Origin: an uncultured virus (IMG/VR IMGVR_UViG_3300029258_004075)
Taxonomy: Duplodnaviria > Heunggongvirae > Uroviricota > Caudoviricetes
Reading direction: 5' to 3' (one strand)
Length of the DNA stretch: 64,000 nt
Virus record (IMG/VR): IMGVR_UViG_3300029258_004075
Position numbers and translations under genes: made by a program. Below are positions 48,745 to 58,987 of the stretch, piece by piece. How positions within the stretch are numbered: position 1 is the stretch's first letter; each line of letters begins with the position of its first letter. Below the pieces are notes generated by a model, which saw nothing but the letters and a program-made list of their open reading frames with translations, did no database searches and was not told where the DNA came from.

Positions 48745-49749
48745 ATGTTTACAACGTTTCCCCGCTACATCGGTTTCCCTTATCAACGATGGTGCGAAAG
48801 CAAATTTGCATTCCGCAGTTTCGACCGCATGTTCAAAGGACAGGTTCCTTTCTTTATATCAACCTTTCCTTTCAAAGATTACAAAACACCTATCATAAAT
48901 AATCTGTTCTTTGACATAGACTCATACTTCTCTATTAGAATGCCCTATCGAAACGTTCGTAAATTAAAAAACTTTAGTGAGCAATACAATATCCCTTACA
49001 TCATAAATTTTTCTGGTGGAAAAGGCTTTCACTTCTTCATGATATTTAAGAAGAAAGCACCTATTTCTCCTCTAGCGAAAGCAAAAATGGCAAAACTCAT
49101 GTATTCATTGCAAGTATACATAGCAGAAGAACAAAAGTTAGAAGCATACGACGAACCAACATTTGGTCGTCTCCGCTTCCTAGTCCGTTACCCAACATCA
49201 CTTTATATCCGACGTAACGAAGAAACTGGTGCTTTTGAAAGCAATGGATTCTATTGTAGAAACCTAACACCAGAACAGTTTGATGAAGGACCGAAGCACA
49301 TAGCGAAATATGTTGAGAAACCAGGAACTGTTCCTAAAGAACCAAAACCCACAATGTCCATGAGCGACCTAGCGAAGGAACTTAAGAACTTTGAATTGAA
49401 AGAAAGAGCAACCAAAAAAACAAACGGAAGAAATATAGACATCAATGTAAAGAGAAAAGGAACTACAATCCCATCAATAGCAGCACTAGGCGTTCCCTGC
49501 TTACAAGAAATAGCATCGCATGCACACCCAACACATTACGAGCGCATAGAATTAGTATCATTCCTCAAATGGCTGGGATACACAGACACAGCAATTATTT
49601 CCTTCATACGCAACCGTCATTGGACGCGTTTCAACTACACCATTACATCCTATCAAGTTCGCACCATTATGCCCAGATACCCAAAGTGCTCTATGCTACG
49701 CAAATCATATGGTCACTTATGCAAAGATTGTTCGCTAAATAATATATGA
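48745..49749 (+). CDS. archaeo-eukaryotic primase fused to a PriL-CTD-like Cys domain
   Basis: FFDID; FSGGKGFH; PCL...HYER...YQV...C..C..C. Confidence 0.75.
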   Translation: MFTTFPRYIGFPYQRWCESKFAFRSFDRMFKGQVPFFISTFPFKDYKTPIINNLFFDIDSYFSIRMPYRNVRKLKNFSEQYNIPYIINFSGGKGFHFFMIFKKKAPISPLAKAKMAKLMYSLQVYIAEEQKLEAYDEPTFGRLRFLVRYPTSLYIRRNEETGAFESNGFYCRNLTPEQFDEGPKHIAKYVEKPGTVPKEPKPTMSMSDLAKELKNFELKERATKKTNGRNIDINVKRKGTTIPSIAALGVPCLQEIASHAHPTHYERIELVSFLKWLGYTDTAIISFIRNRHWTRFNYTITSYQVRTIMPRYPKCSMLRKSYGHLCKDCSLNNI

Positions 49750-49878
49750 AGAGGCTAATATGATGTGTATATGGATACATCCGGCAGTCCGACTTTTAAG
49801 ACCCATTCTTTCCTCACCATCCCAAATGAATGCGCTGTCGGAGTCCAAAATATACACATCAAACAGGAGCACTGCAAC

Positions 49879-50073
49879 ATGAATTGGATTAGCAAAACAT
49901 TCCTATTTATAGGAATCATCTTATTTATTCTTGGAACAACCATGTCCTTATTTCTAGAACAACAAGACTTCATAATTGTTGGTAGTGCCCTTTTCTTCGT
50001 TTTTCTTGTAATAACATTAACCACTCACTTTGTACATTTCCTGGAGGAAAAAGAAGATGAAGATATGCATTGA
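49879..50073 (+). CDS. small 2-TM membrane protein
   Basis: AGGAG RBS; hydrophobic. Confidence 0.6.
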   Translation: MNWISKTFLFIGIILFILGTTMSLFLEQQDFIIVGSALFFVFLVITLTTHFVHFLEEKEDEDMH

Positions 50074-50746
50074 TTCTAGAGAAAGAGATATGATAACACC
50101 TTTCCACAAATTCATAAAAAGCAAAAAGTCCGACATCATCACCGACTATACTGTCGGAACCTACGATTCGGGAGATGTTCATTCAGGTGACGGACTTGTT
50201 GGGATAGAGCGCAAAGCAGGAGACTTCGTCACATCAATGGAGAATGGTCGGCTCGAACAGCAACTCACTGAACTCAAAGAAAACTTCGTTTTCCCTTTCC
50301 TTTTTATAGAGTATGACAGTTTTATAGCAATGATACAGGACAATCTCGGTTACAATCCAAAAGCACTGGTCGGTCAACTTACTTCCATCGCTGCACGCTT
50401 TCAAATAACCATACATTGGACAGGAAACTATCGCACCATTAAGCCTCCATTAGAACCGCATCCTTATTTTGTCCCTTACACCGTAAGAACCATAGAAAAG
50501 TTCTATGATGGGCGCACTGACCAGAAGAAAAGAAATTATACTCCAATCCGTCGCACAGCATCACCGCAAGAGATTAAACTAGATATCGCATCACGCTTCC
50601 CGCGTGTCGGTAGAAAGAAGGGGCTACGCTTATTAGAACACTTTGGAAGCATCAAAAACATAACAAACGCATCAAAAGAGCAACTTAAAGAAGTAAAAGG
50701 AATTGGGGAAGGGTTAGCAACAGAAATATATGAAGCATCAAACTAA
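50057..50746 (+). CDS. ERCC4/XPF-family nuclease with HhH motifs
   Basis: IDSRE; GD; IERK..DF..S...GRL..Q; VKGIG. Confidence 0.85.
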   Translation: MKICIDSRERDMITPFHKFIKSKKSDIITDYTVGTYDSGDVHSGDGLVGIERKAGDFVTSMENGRLEQQLTELKENFVFPFLFIEYDSFIAMIQDNLGYNPKALVGQLTSIAARFQITIHWTGNYRTIKPPLEPHPYFVPYTVRTIEKFYDGRTDQKKRNYTPIRRTASPQEIKLDIASRFPRVGRKKGLRLLEHFGSIKNITNASKEQLKEVKGIGEGLATEIYEASN

Positions 50747-50933
50747 GTGATATTATGGAAGAAGTACAAAGAGCATTGGCAAAACTCCTAACGCTAGAAA
50801 ACATGATACGATATGGAGCAATGTCAAACAAAGAAATTTGTCAAAAGATAAAAGAAGTAAGAACCATTCTCCAAAAGAAGAAAAACTAAAATTATTTAAG
50901 CGAAAAGACAATTAATATTATGTGAGGTGGTGA

Positions 50934-53051
50934 ATCACGAAACAGAGATACGTAGCACTTGCTTTACTCGTTTCCATGTGCTCTATTCTGTTTTTCGCTA
51001 CCTTTTTCAACTTGCAATCAGGTCTCTTTACATCCGAAAGCGAATTCTTTTTAATCGGTCCTGACTCTTACTATAATCTTCGTTTGTGCGAACAAACGAT
51101 GGAAACAGGAGTATTCCCATTCGTCGACCAAAACGACCCTTTACTTAATTACCCTTTAACAGACGACGCTGGAAGACCTCCTGTTTACACCATGGTAGCG
51201 GTTGGAGCAACAGCACTGGTACAGTCATGTACAGGGTTGGATACCTCGTCAGCCCTGGGGTGGTGTATGTTGTTCCTCCCTGCTATTTATGGAGTCCTCC
51301 TTGTTCTCCCAGTCTACTTCCTCGCTAAAGAGCTCTTTAATAAAAAAATTGCACTTATCTCTGCGTTTATATTACCTATCATTCCTTTACTTATCCTACC
51401 AGCCCATGGTTGCACTCTTGGTCTCTTTGACCACGACTCTTTTATCCTTCTCCTCACAATCACATTCCTTTACTTCCTTGTAAAAACATTTAAGCAACAC
51501 CCTAATCATAGAAAATATCACACAGCATTATCTGGAATCACGTTAGGTCTTCTCTACCTTACGTGGGTGTCAGGATACATATTCGGCTTTATCCTAATCA
51601 TCATTTCGTTCATCCTCTTTCTATTTTTCCTTATACGAGACGCAAATACAAGTTATGACCAGCGAACACTAACATACATCACCATCATCGGCTACACCAT
51701 ATACTATCCCTACGGAGTTGCTAGTTCTCAAGTGATAAATCATGCTATCCCTTTAATAGCAACAACGGCTATTATTCTCTTAACATTAGCACTCAAAATC
51801 CTTCCTATCAAAAAAATGACACAAATAACGTTAGCATTAGGTCTTTTAGTTTCATCTTCTCTTTTTATCTTTCTTTTCAAGCCATATCCTTTTAACGGTA
51901 TCATAAAAACACTTTCAACTGGTATATACGGTTCTTCCGTCTTTCAAACGATAGCAGAAGGACAAATCCTTTCCCTTTCAAGCATGATGCTATACCTTGG
52001 TCCTGTCCTTTACATTACAGCACTCATTGGTATTGTATTATATCTCCTTAACCTTTACCACGACGGCATTAAAACACATCACATCGTATTCTTAACATTC
52101 CTTGCATTCGTTTTCTGGACGACAACGCAAGCAGGTCGCTTCCTCAACGACCTTGTTCCTTACATTGCGTTATTTTCAGCATTTACACTTTTCTTTATCG
52201 GTCAAAAAGTCTTTCAAACACCTAACAAGAGAAAAATCAAACGATATGCTTTTATTTCCTTCGTCTTTATCCTAGTAGCATCAAATACCTTTTTAACAGT
52301 CCATGCCGCACTACCGTATAACATCACTCAAGAAAACTTTGGAACGCAAGGTCTTTGGAGTCTTTCTATGACCCAAGAACAGCATTGGACAGATGCCATG
52401 AATTACCTATCAAACCAAGATAACCATATCGAAGAACCAGAACAAAGACCTGGTGTAATATCTTGGTGGGATTATGGTTTCTTTATTATATCATTAGGTT
52501 CTCATCCTTCTGTAGCGGACAATTTCCAAAACGGAATTATCTCTTCAGCATCTTTCTTGACATCACAAAGCGATGAAGAAGCTTTAGCAATATTAACAGC
52601 AAGAATTACTCAGGAAGAAGAGCAGTCTATTGCTTCATACCAAGAAGCATTTGAGGACATTCCAAAAAGAATAGAAGAAACAACTCTAACACTAAAAGAA
52701 TATTATAAATCTACCTCCATCTTCTATGATAGACACATCAAGTACGCAATTGTAACAGAGCGAGACCTAAACGAAATATATCGTGTATTTCCAGCAATGT
52801 GCGATAAGCCACTTGAAACATTTATCCAAACCATCTATCAAGACACAAAAACCGGAACAAACTATACACTTTCACAACTTGAGAACATGACATATCAACA
52901 AAGATTACCACTTAATCTAAAAATGATAGAGCAGTATCAACCTGCGTATTACAATTCCACAGCATATAGAATCTATCATGATAAAAGTCCCTTATGGAAT
53001 CAAATATACAATAAAAATGGAATAGTGATTAGTGAAATCAGTGAAGAGTGA
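50934..53051 (+). CDS. aglB: oligosaccharyltransferase AglB/STT3 (first ATG 50976)
   Basis: DSYY; DHD; TIAE; WWDYG; multi-TM. Confidence 0.85.
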   Translation: MTKQRYVALALLVSMCSILFFATFFNLQSGLFTSESEFFLIGPDSYYNLRLCEQTMETGVFPFVDQNDPLLNYPLTDDAGRPPVYTMVAVGATALVQSCTGLDTSSALGWCMLFLPAIYGVLLVLPVYFLAKELFNKKIALISAFILPIIPLLILPAHGCTLGLFDHDSFILLLTITFLYFLVKTFKQHPNHRKYHTALSGITLGLLYLTWVSGYIFGFILIIISFILFLFFLIRDANTSYDQRTLTYITIIGYTIYYPYGVASSQVINHAIPLIATTAIILLTLALKILPIKKMTQITLALGLLVSSSLFIFLFKPYPFNGIIKTLSTGIYGSSVFQTIAEGQILSLSSMMLYLGPVLYITALIGIVLYLLNLYHDGIKTHHIVFLTFLAFVFWTTTQAGRFLNDLVPYIALFSAFTLFFIGQKVFQTPNKRKIKRYAFISFVFILVASNTFLTVHAALPYNITQENFGTQGLWSLSMTQEQHWTDAMNYLSNQDNHIEEPEQRPGVISWWDYGFFIISLGSHPSVADNFQNGIISSASFLTSQSDEEALAILTARITQEEEQSIASYQEAFEDIPKRIEETTLTLKEYYKSTSIFYDRHIKYAIVTERDLNEIYRVFPAMCDKPLETFIQTIYQDTKTGTNYTLSQLENMTYQQRLPLNLKMIEQYQPAYYNSTAYRIYHDKSPLWNQIYNKNGIVISEISEE

Positions 53052-53055
53052 TAAT

Positions 53056-53811
53056 ATGAAACACATCATAATAGGAACTGGAACAATAGGAAAGGCAACA
53101 GGTGAACTTCTCGAAGCACATAATCAGTCAGTTGCCTATAACGACAAGAATGCAGACCTAATGGTTAATTTGAAGGATAAAGGAAAGCACGTTGAAATGC
53201 ATGTCCGTAACTCTTACGACCTCTATTGGATATGCACAGCAGAATGGCACGTCGATGACGTACTTAACACCCTCAAGGATAAAACACGCAATGTTATTAT
53301 CCGAAGCACCATCAAACCACACGAATTTGATTTATATCAAAAGAAATATCCAAAACTTCGCCTTGCCCATATCCCTGAATTCCTTCGTCAGAAAACAGCC
53401 ATAGATGACATTTTCAAAGCACGGCACTTCGTTGTTGGTGTTGTAAACACTTCTTTGAAAGAAACACTTTCTTCTTTCTTTGACTCTCTTGGTCTTCGCT
53501 ATACAACTTGTTCCCCTCAAGAATCTTCTCTTATCAAACTCATTGCCAACAATTGGCTTGCCCTTCAAATTTCCTTTTGGAACGAAATGAAGAATATATG
53601 TGAATATTACGAATGCAATTCACAACTTGTTTCAAATACTGTAACAAAAGATTCTCGAATCTCCGAATACGGTTCAAATATGCTTGGTTCTCCGTTTTCA
53701 GGTTTTTGTTTCCCAAAGGATACAAAGTCACTTAAAAAAGTATTCAAGGAAGCAAACATTAATGAAAACATCATTACAGCACTTATAGAAACAAATGAAA
53801 ACATAGCGTGA
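53056..53811 (+). CDS. UDP-glucose/GDP-mannose dehydrogenase family (short)
   Basis: GTGTIG; RST; PEFLR; GFCFPKD. Confidence 0.85.
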   Translation: MKHIIIGTGTIGKATGELLEAHNQSVAYNDKNADLMVNLKDKGKHVEMHVRNSYDLYWICTAEWHVDDVLNTLKDKTRNVIIRSTIKPHEFDLYQKKYPKLRLAHIPEFLRQKTAIDDIFKARHFVVGVVNTSLKETLSSFFDSLGLRYTTCSPQESSLIKLIANNWLALQISFWNEMKNICEYYECNSQLVSNTVTKDSRISEYGSNMLGSPFSGFCFPKDTKSLKKVFKEANINENIITALIETNENIA

Positions 53812-53933
53812 TACCGTGGAGGAAAAAGAAATACAACAGATAATTAATGCGCTTGAGAAAATAAACGAAACACTTTCAAGTATAGATGACAGTTTAAGGA
53901 GAATAGCAAACTACAGAAAGAGAGGATGGTGAT

Positions 53934-54569
53934 ATCGTAGCAGAAATTAGAGAAATAGGAATAGAAAAGGAAATGTTCCTTGTAAAAGAAGAAACGTTAA
54001 AAGAACCAAAGAACTACGGTTTTCCTCGAGATGAATTCGAGTTCCTTGTAGAACTCCGTTCACTTCCTTCCGACCGTCTTTATCCTGTTTACACAACACT
54101 CCAAGCAGAAGAATTGCAATACTCATTAAGAGCAAACAAATTTGGAATGAAACTTGATGATGTGCCTACGAAATTCTACAACAAGAAATGGGTTGATGAC
54201 CTGTGGGAAAGACACAATCTTGACCGCTTCAAAGATTGCGATTATACCAAAAATGTATATCCTGAACTCAAAAATAAACAATCACATCATCTTGGTCGTT
54301 TGGACTTCTCGAAAGACCAATATAAACTTACAGCAGGAATACACGTTCACTTTAGCAGTCGAGATGCCGACACTGGAGAAGTAATTGAATTACCGGTGGA
54401 AAGAATCGTAAAAGAAATGGATTTCAAATTTTATGAAGAAATCAATGCATCAGGTCGTAATAGAGGAGAATGGGAACCAAAGATTCATGGCTTTGAGTAT
54501 CGTAGTCTTCCTTCTAACACAGATATATATAAAGTTCTTAAATGTGCATTCGAGGTGTTGAGAAAGTGA
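53934..54569 (+). CDS. COOH-NH2 ligase / amidoligase (GCS fold); start uncertain
   Basis: GIEKE upstream of ATG 53973; ELRS; GIHVHF; GFEYRSL. Confidence 0.55.
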   Translation: MVAEIREIGIEKEMFLVKEETLKEPKNYGFPRDEFEFLVELRSLPSDRLYPVYTTLQAEELQYSLRANKFGMKLDDVPTKFYNKKWVDDLWERHNLDRFKDCDYTKNVYPELKNKQSHHLGRLDFSKDQYKLTAGIHVHFSSRDADTGEVIELPVERIVKEMDFKFYEEINASGRNRGEWEPKIHGFEYRSLPSNTDIYKVLKCAFEVLRK

Positions 54570-54895
54570 TGAAGTGTGAAAAGAAAAACTGTATATACAA
54601 TCGCAATTCAACATGTATCAAGAGCTTACCTCAGTTCAAGGTAACGTCGGAATTGGTATTTACATGTGCAGACTTTTCTCCTCAAGAAACTAAAGAGAAA
54701 GGGGATACAATGAGTCTTCTATCTGGTGGAAAACAATCAGTATTCAAAGACATTTATTGGTTAATTCGACACGCCTTATCAAAGGATAAAACAACATGTC
54801 CACGCTGTGGAAACAAAGCATTCCAACACGGCTTTATCCCAAATGAACGATACTACTGCACAGAATGTAATCTATGGAATGATATAAATGAATAA
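54569..54895 (+). CDS. Cys-rich Zn-finger protein
   Basis: C..C..N...C; CPRCG...CTEC. Confidence 0.6.
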   Translation: MKCEKKNCIYNRNSTCIKSLPQFKVTSELVFTCADFSPQETKEKGDTMSLLSGGKQSVFKDIYWLIRHALSKDKTTCPRCGNKAFQHGFIPNERYYCTECNLWNDINE

Positions 54896-55142
54896 AAAAC
54901 AACAGAAGGAAATGATAGAGAATATCATTAAAGAACGAGAAATGTTGACCGAGCAGTTACAAGCAATAGCACACAAGATTGATAATACAAGACCTTGGAA
55001 AGTAGTGCTACGCACAGAACTTAATGTAGTGATATAGAATGCCTGTAATACGATGTCCTGATGGTAAACTTCGTGATTATGCAGAATATGAAGATATCAT
55101 AAAACCACTATGGAAAGAAAAAATGAGAAAAGGTGAACATAA

Positions 55143-55379
55143 ATGAAAGATTCAAAAAAAATTGCAATTCTATTTGCGGTATTAATGATAATCCCAATGA
55201 TATCCATTGGATTGCAAAATGGAAATACATACACAAAAAAAGAAAAAATAGAAGGTGTTGAAGTAGTCACAGAAGAACAAATCACAACATCTGATGTAAT
55301 ACAATCATATATTGTTTACATAATTGGTATCATATCAATCTATTTCTTTGTAAGAATATCTGAAAAGGAGAAAAAATGA
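55143..55379 (+). CDS. small membrane protein
   Basis: AGGTGA RBS; two hydrophobic segments. Confidence 0.65.
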   Translation: MKDSKKIAILFAVLMIIPMISIGLQNGNTYTKKEKIEGVEVVTEEQITTSDVIQSYIVYIIGIISIYFFVRISEKEKK

Positions 55380-56125
55380 ACAAACCACTTGTTTCAGTAG
55401 TGATACCAACACTACCTTCAAGAAAAAAACTACTTGAGCGTGCTATCAAATCTGTCAAGGCACAAACATATCAAAACATCGAAATCCTACCTATTACTGA
55501 AGGTAACAATGCTTGTGAAGCACGAAACATAGGCATATCAAAAGCAAAAGGAGAATTCATAGCATTCCTCGATGATGATGATACTTGGTTTCCTACAAAG
55601 ATTGAAAAACAGATAGATGAAATGATGAAACATCCTTGGACACCTCTTTGCATCACCTATTCCCATGACCTTCGATTCAACCATGACCGCATTAACAAAC
55701 CACCACGAGTTGTAACACATAAAGAACTCATTAAATCATTCAATCTCTCGTCAACATCATCCTATCTTGTCAGAAAATATGCTCTTGACATTACCAGAAA
55801 AATAGATGGATATTACTTCGATGAAACCCTGAAATCAGGTCAAGAATATGACCTTGCTATCCGAATCACAAAGAATGAGCATGATGTCATTACCATCGAA
55901 GAACCTCTCATCACCCAATACTCATCAGATTCTCAGATATCAGAGAACTGGTCCAGAAAAATCACTGGTATTATGCAACTCTACAAGAAACACCACCAAG
56001 AGTATTCCTTCATTGACCACATCAAAACCATTGGACTCCTTGCTCTCTTCGCTTCTGCATTCATACTTGGCAATCGTATCTATTCCCTAATTATCCCTAT
56101 CAAGGAGGTCTATGAGAATGTGTGA
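55376..56125 (+). CDS. glycosyltransferase family 2
   Basis: VSVVIPT; ARNIG; FLDDDD. Confidence 0.9.
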   Translation: MNKPLVSVVIPTLPSRKKLLERAIKSVKAQTYQNIEILPITEGNNACEARNIGISKAKGEFIAFLDDDDTWFPTKIEKQIDEMMKHPWTPLCITYSHDLRFNHDRINKPPRVVTHKELIKSFNLSSTSSYLVRKYALDITRKIDGYYFDETLKSGQEYDLAIRITKNEHDVITIEEPLITQYSSDSQISENWSRKITGIMQLYKKHHQEYSFIDHIKTIGLLALFASAFILGNRIYSLIIPIKEVYENV

Positions 56126-56846
56126 ACTCTACCTCCACATCGGACTCCATAAAACAGGAACGACGTTCCTTCAAGATTATATCTTTCCTAACTTGAAAGG
56201 TATTGAATATTACTACAAACCAACAAACGTAATAGGTAATCTTGACACTCTATCACTCACTATCAACGGTAAAACCCTTGTTTCTGATGAAGAAATATCG
56301 TTCTCAATGCCAGATAGAGACCATACCACACGTCTTGATTTCATCCAAGTATTACATAAGAACTTTCCAAACGCTAAAATAATTCTTGGTCTTCGTCAAT
56401 ATGAAAGATGGCTCAAGTCTTGTTATTCTCAATATATCAAAGCTGGAGGATACCTAAAATTCAATGACTACAAACAGAAATATCCTCATCTAAAACCATC
56501 GGAATACCGAAGAATCATCTACACACTCTGGGGTGAAGAAAATGTATTCGTGTATTGGCAAGAAAACCTTCGGAAAACCCCACAAATAATCCTCAAAGAA
56601 CTTTGTGACTTTATAGATGTAAAAGTACCAACATATCCAAAAACATCCTCAAATGTCTCTCTAAAAGGATGGAAACTTTCACTCCTTCGATATATCAACA
56701 TCTTACTTCGAGGTGAATTCCTCCGTCGAAAAATCGAATCACCATATTGGCTCATCACCTATATCCCACGTCACTTAAAAAAAGATACTCGTTCAGAACT
56801 TCGCAAACAAATGGATAAACGTCGGTTGGGAGGTCGTCACCATTAA
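56112..56846 (+). CDS. sulfotransferase
   Basis: HIGLHKTGTTFLQ (PAPS loop); R....L.S.Y. Confidence 0.8.
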   Translation: MRMCELYLHIGLHKTGTTFLQDYIFPNLKGIEYYYKPTNVIGNLDTLSLTINGKTLVSDEEISFSMPDRDHTTRLDFIQVLHKNFPNAKIILGLRQYERWLKSCYSQYIKAGGYLKFNDYKQKYPHLKPSEYRRIIYTLWGEENVFVYWQENLRKTPQIILKELCDFIDVKVPTYPKTSSNVSLKGWKLSLLRYINILLRGEFLRRKIESPYWLITYIPRHLKKDTRSELRKQMDKRRLGGRHH

Positions 56847-57591
56847 CTATATCATCAAAACACTCCCAGATGTAATAGAAAAGAAACGACCATTCAAGTA
56901 CAAAGATGGAGTCATCATCGAGAAAATCCCATACAAGAATGAATGGGTCTACAATCCAACAATGATAGCTTCTCATGTCATACGATATAAAGACGAAGCA
57001 AACATCAACTGGTTACTAGAAAACCAACATGAAGATGGCTCAATCCCACACAATTACCAATCGGAATTCTCACCACCTGCTGGATGGATAGGTGGTCTCT
57101 CTCAGTCACTCATCGCTTCAGCACTCCTTCGAACTAATCATAAAAAAGAAGCTCAACTTGCCATCGATTCTCTACTAACTCATTGTTATGAAGATGGCAT
57201 CATCTATGAACGACCTGACCACTTCATCCTCAATGGATGGATTTACGGAATATTTGGACTCATCGAAACTGGAAGAGAAGAAGTTGAAGAATCTATCGAA
57301 AAACTAAGAAAATATCTTCCTACCTTCGATGCTAATTATTGGAGCATCTACGACTCAACAGGTCTCCTTGCAACACCCTTCTATCACAAAATCCACATTG
57401 AACAACTCACTGAACTATACCATATCACTCAATCACCAATCTTCCTATCAACTGCTACTGATTGGAAGAACGGAAACCAACGAAAAGCGATGATTCACCG
57501 AAACATCCAACTCATCAAGAAACACAAACTCGGTATCATTAGCCAATGGTGGAGGAGAAAGAAATGGCAAGAACAGAGGTCATCTCGATGA
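56842..57591 (+). CDS. D-glucuronyl C5-epimerase-like protein, probable ATT start
   Basis: YNPTMIA; ILNGWIYGIFGL; WSIYD; YHKIHIEQL. Confidence 0.75.
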   Translation: MNYIIKTLPDVIEKKRPFKYKDGVIIEKIPYKNEWVYNPTMIASHVIRYKDEANINWLLENQHEDGSIPHNYQSEFSPPAGWIGGLSQSLIASALLRTNHKKEAQLAIDSLLTHCYEDGIIYERPDHFILNGWIYGIFGLIETGREEVEESIEKLRKYLPTFDANYWSIYDSTGLLATPFYHKIHIEQLTELYHITQSPIFLSTATDWKNGNQRKAMIHRNIQLIKKHKLGIISQWWRRKKWQEQRSSR

Positions 57592-58070
57592 AATTAAATC
57601 TTGGTTGTGGAGAAAAACTCCTTGAAGGTTACATTAATTGTGACTTCTATCAAAAGAATGCAGACAAAAAAGTAGACTTAAACAAATTACCACTTCCATT
57701 TGAATCAAATTCAATAGATGAAATAATACTTAGACATGTTCTCGAACATACTGAACATCAATATGAGTTAATACTAGAGTGTCACAGAATACTAAAACCA
57801 AAAGGAAAACTAATAGTTGCTTTACCACCACACCTCACTAATTTACAACATAAGACATTCTATCATAACATTCAATATTTTGAAGATGTCGTAAAGAAAA
57901 AGAAAACTAATAGAGATTCAGAAAAACAACTTTTCAATTTAATATCTTTTAAACGTAATCGTTCAATATTACATCCATACGTTTTTATTAAAAAAATAAA
58001 AAGGTTTTATTCCTACATAAATAGTTTACTATTCAATGAATATGAATGGGTAATGGAGAAAAGAAAATAA
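57588..58070 (+). CDS. class I SAM methyltransferase-like
   Basis: LNLGCG; HVLEH; RILKPKG. Confidence 0.8.
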   Translation: MKLNLGCGEKLLEGYINCDFYQKNADKKVDLNKLPLPFESNSIDEIILRHVLEHTEHQYELILECHRILKPKGKLIVALPPHLTNLQHKTFYHNIQYFEDVVKKKKTNRDSEKQLFNLISFKRNRSILHPYVFIKKIKRFYSYINSLLFNEYEWVMEKRK

Positions 58071-58087
58071 ATTATGAGGTTTTGATT

Positions 58088-58987
58088 ATGAATTCTAAAA
58101 TAGGATTTGCTATTACAACCTATAACAAATTCGAAGAAGCAAAAATCCTCATTGACATCATCCGAGAATGTTTTGAAGAAGAATATCCGATTGCTCTTTG
58201 TAGTAATCATTATTATGGAAAAGATTTTGCTGTAAAAAATGACATCAAATATTACATCCAAGGAAGAGATATCCCACTTGATTCAGGTGATACGAACAAG
58301 AAACGTAAAGGTGTTATGAAGGAACGAATTAGAAATCGTTCACTTGATACTGTTCAAAAGTCTTGTCAGAAATCACTTGAGATGCCAGTTGACTACATAC
58401 TTCACACCCACTCAGATGGATGGGTTCTTGATGAACATCGACTTGAAGATTTAGTTCAATTTTTAAAGAAAAAGAGAAAATTCCTTGCAATCCGAGGATG
58501 CGGTAAAACATACAATGATTGTGATGAAACACCCTATGGTCACATTGATGACCACTTCTTCGTATTCAATCGAAAACAAGCAATAGTAAACAATCTCTTT
58601 GACTTCACTCCTGAAGACTTCAATCTCCATCGACATAGTGTTCATGATGTATGGGCGACCATATTCCTTGCAAAACTCGGATTCAAGAATATATGGTATT
58701 ATGGAAACACTAAAGATATGATAGGGTGGGATGGAAAACCATTAGGTCGTCGAGGAGTCAAACCATCAATCTATGACCCTGTATTCAAAACACTTCATGT
58801 TCACCGTTCATCATTCAAGAACTATACAGGAAAAACACTCCAAGCAAGAATGCTTGCTCAACATCATCTCATCAACTCACCTTATCTCCAAGACTTCATC
58901 AGACTCAATAACAATCATAAGAAACTCAAAATCAAATGGACAACACAGGAGGTCAAAAACATTGCTAAACGGATACTCAGGATTTGA
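58088..58987 (+). CDS. putative GT-A glycosyltransferase
   Basis: FAITTYN; HSD; glycan cluster context. Confidence 0.5.
   Translation: MNSKIGFAITTYNKFEEAKILIDIIRECFEEEYPIALCSNHYYGKDFAVKNDIKYYIQGRDIPLDSGDTNKKRKGVMKERIRNRSLDTVQKSCQKSLEMPVDYILHTHSDGWVLDEHRLEDLVQFLKKKRKFLAIRGCGKTYNDCDETPYGHIDDHFFVFNRKQAIVNNLFDFTPEDFNLHRHSVHDVWATIFLAKLGFKNIWYYGNTKDMIGWDGKPLGRRGVKPSIYDPVFKTLHVHRSSFKNYTGKTLQARMLAQHHLINSPYLQDFIRLNNNHKKLKIKWTTQEVKNIAKRILRI

Noticed and set aside
58773..58961. Long N-terminal extension of the kinase ORF
   Set aside because: It overlaps the previous gene by over 200 nt; TTG 58962 has an AGGAGGT RBS.
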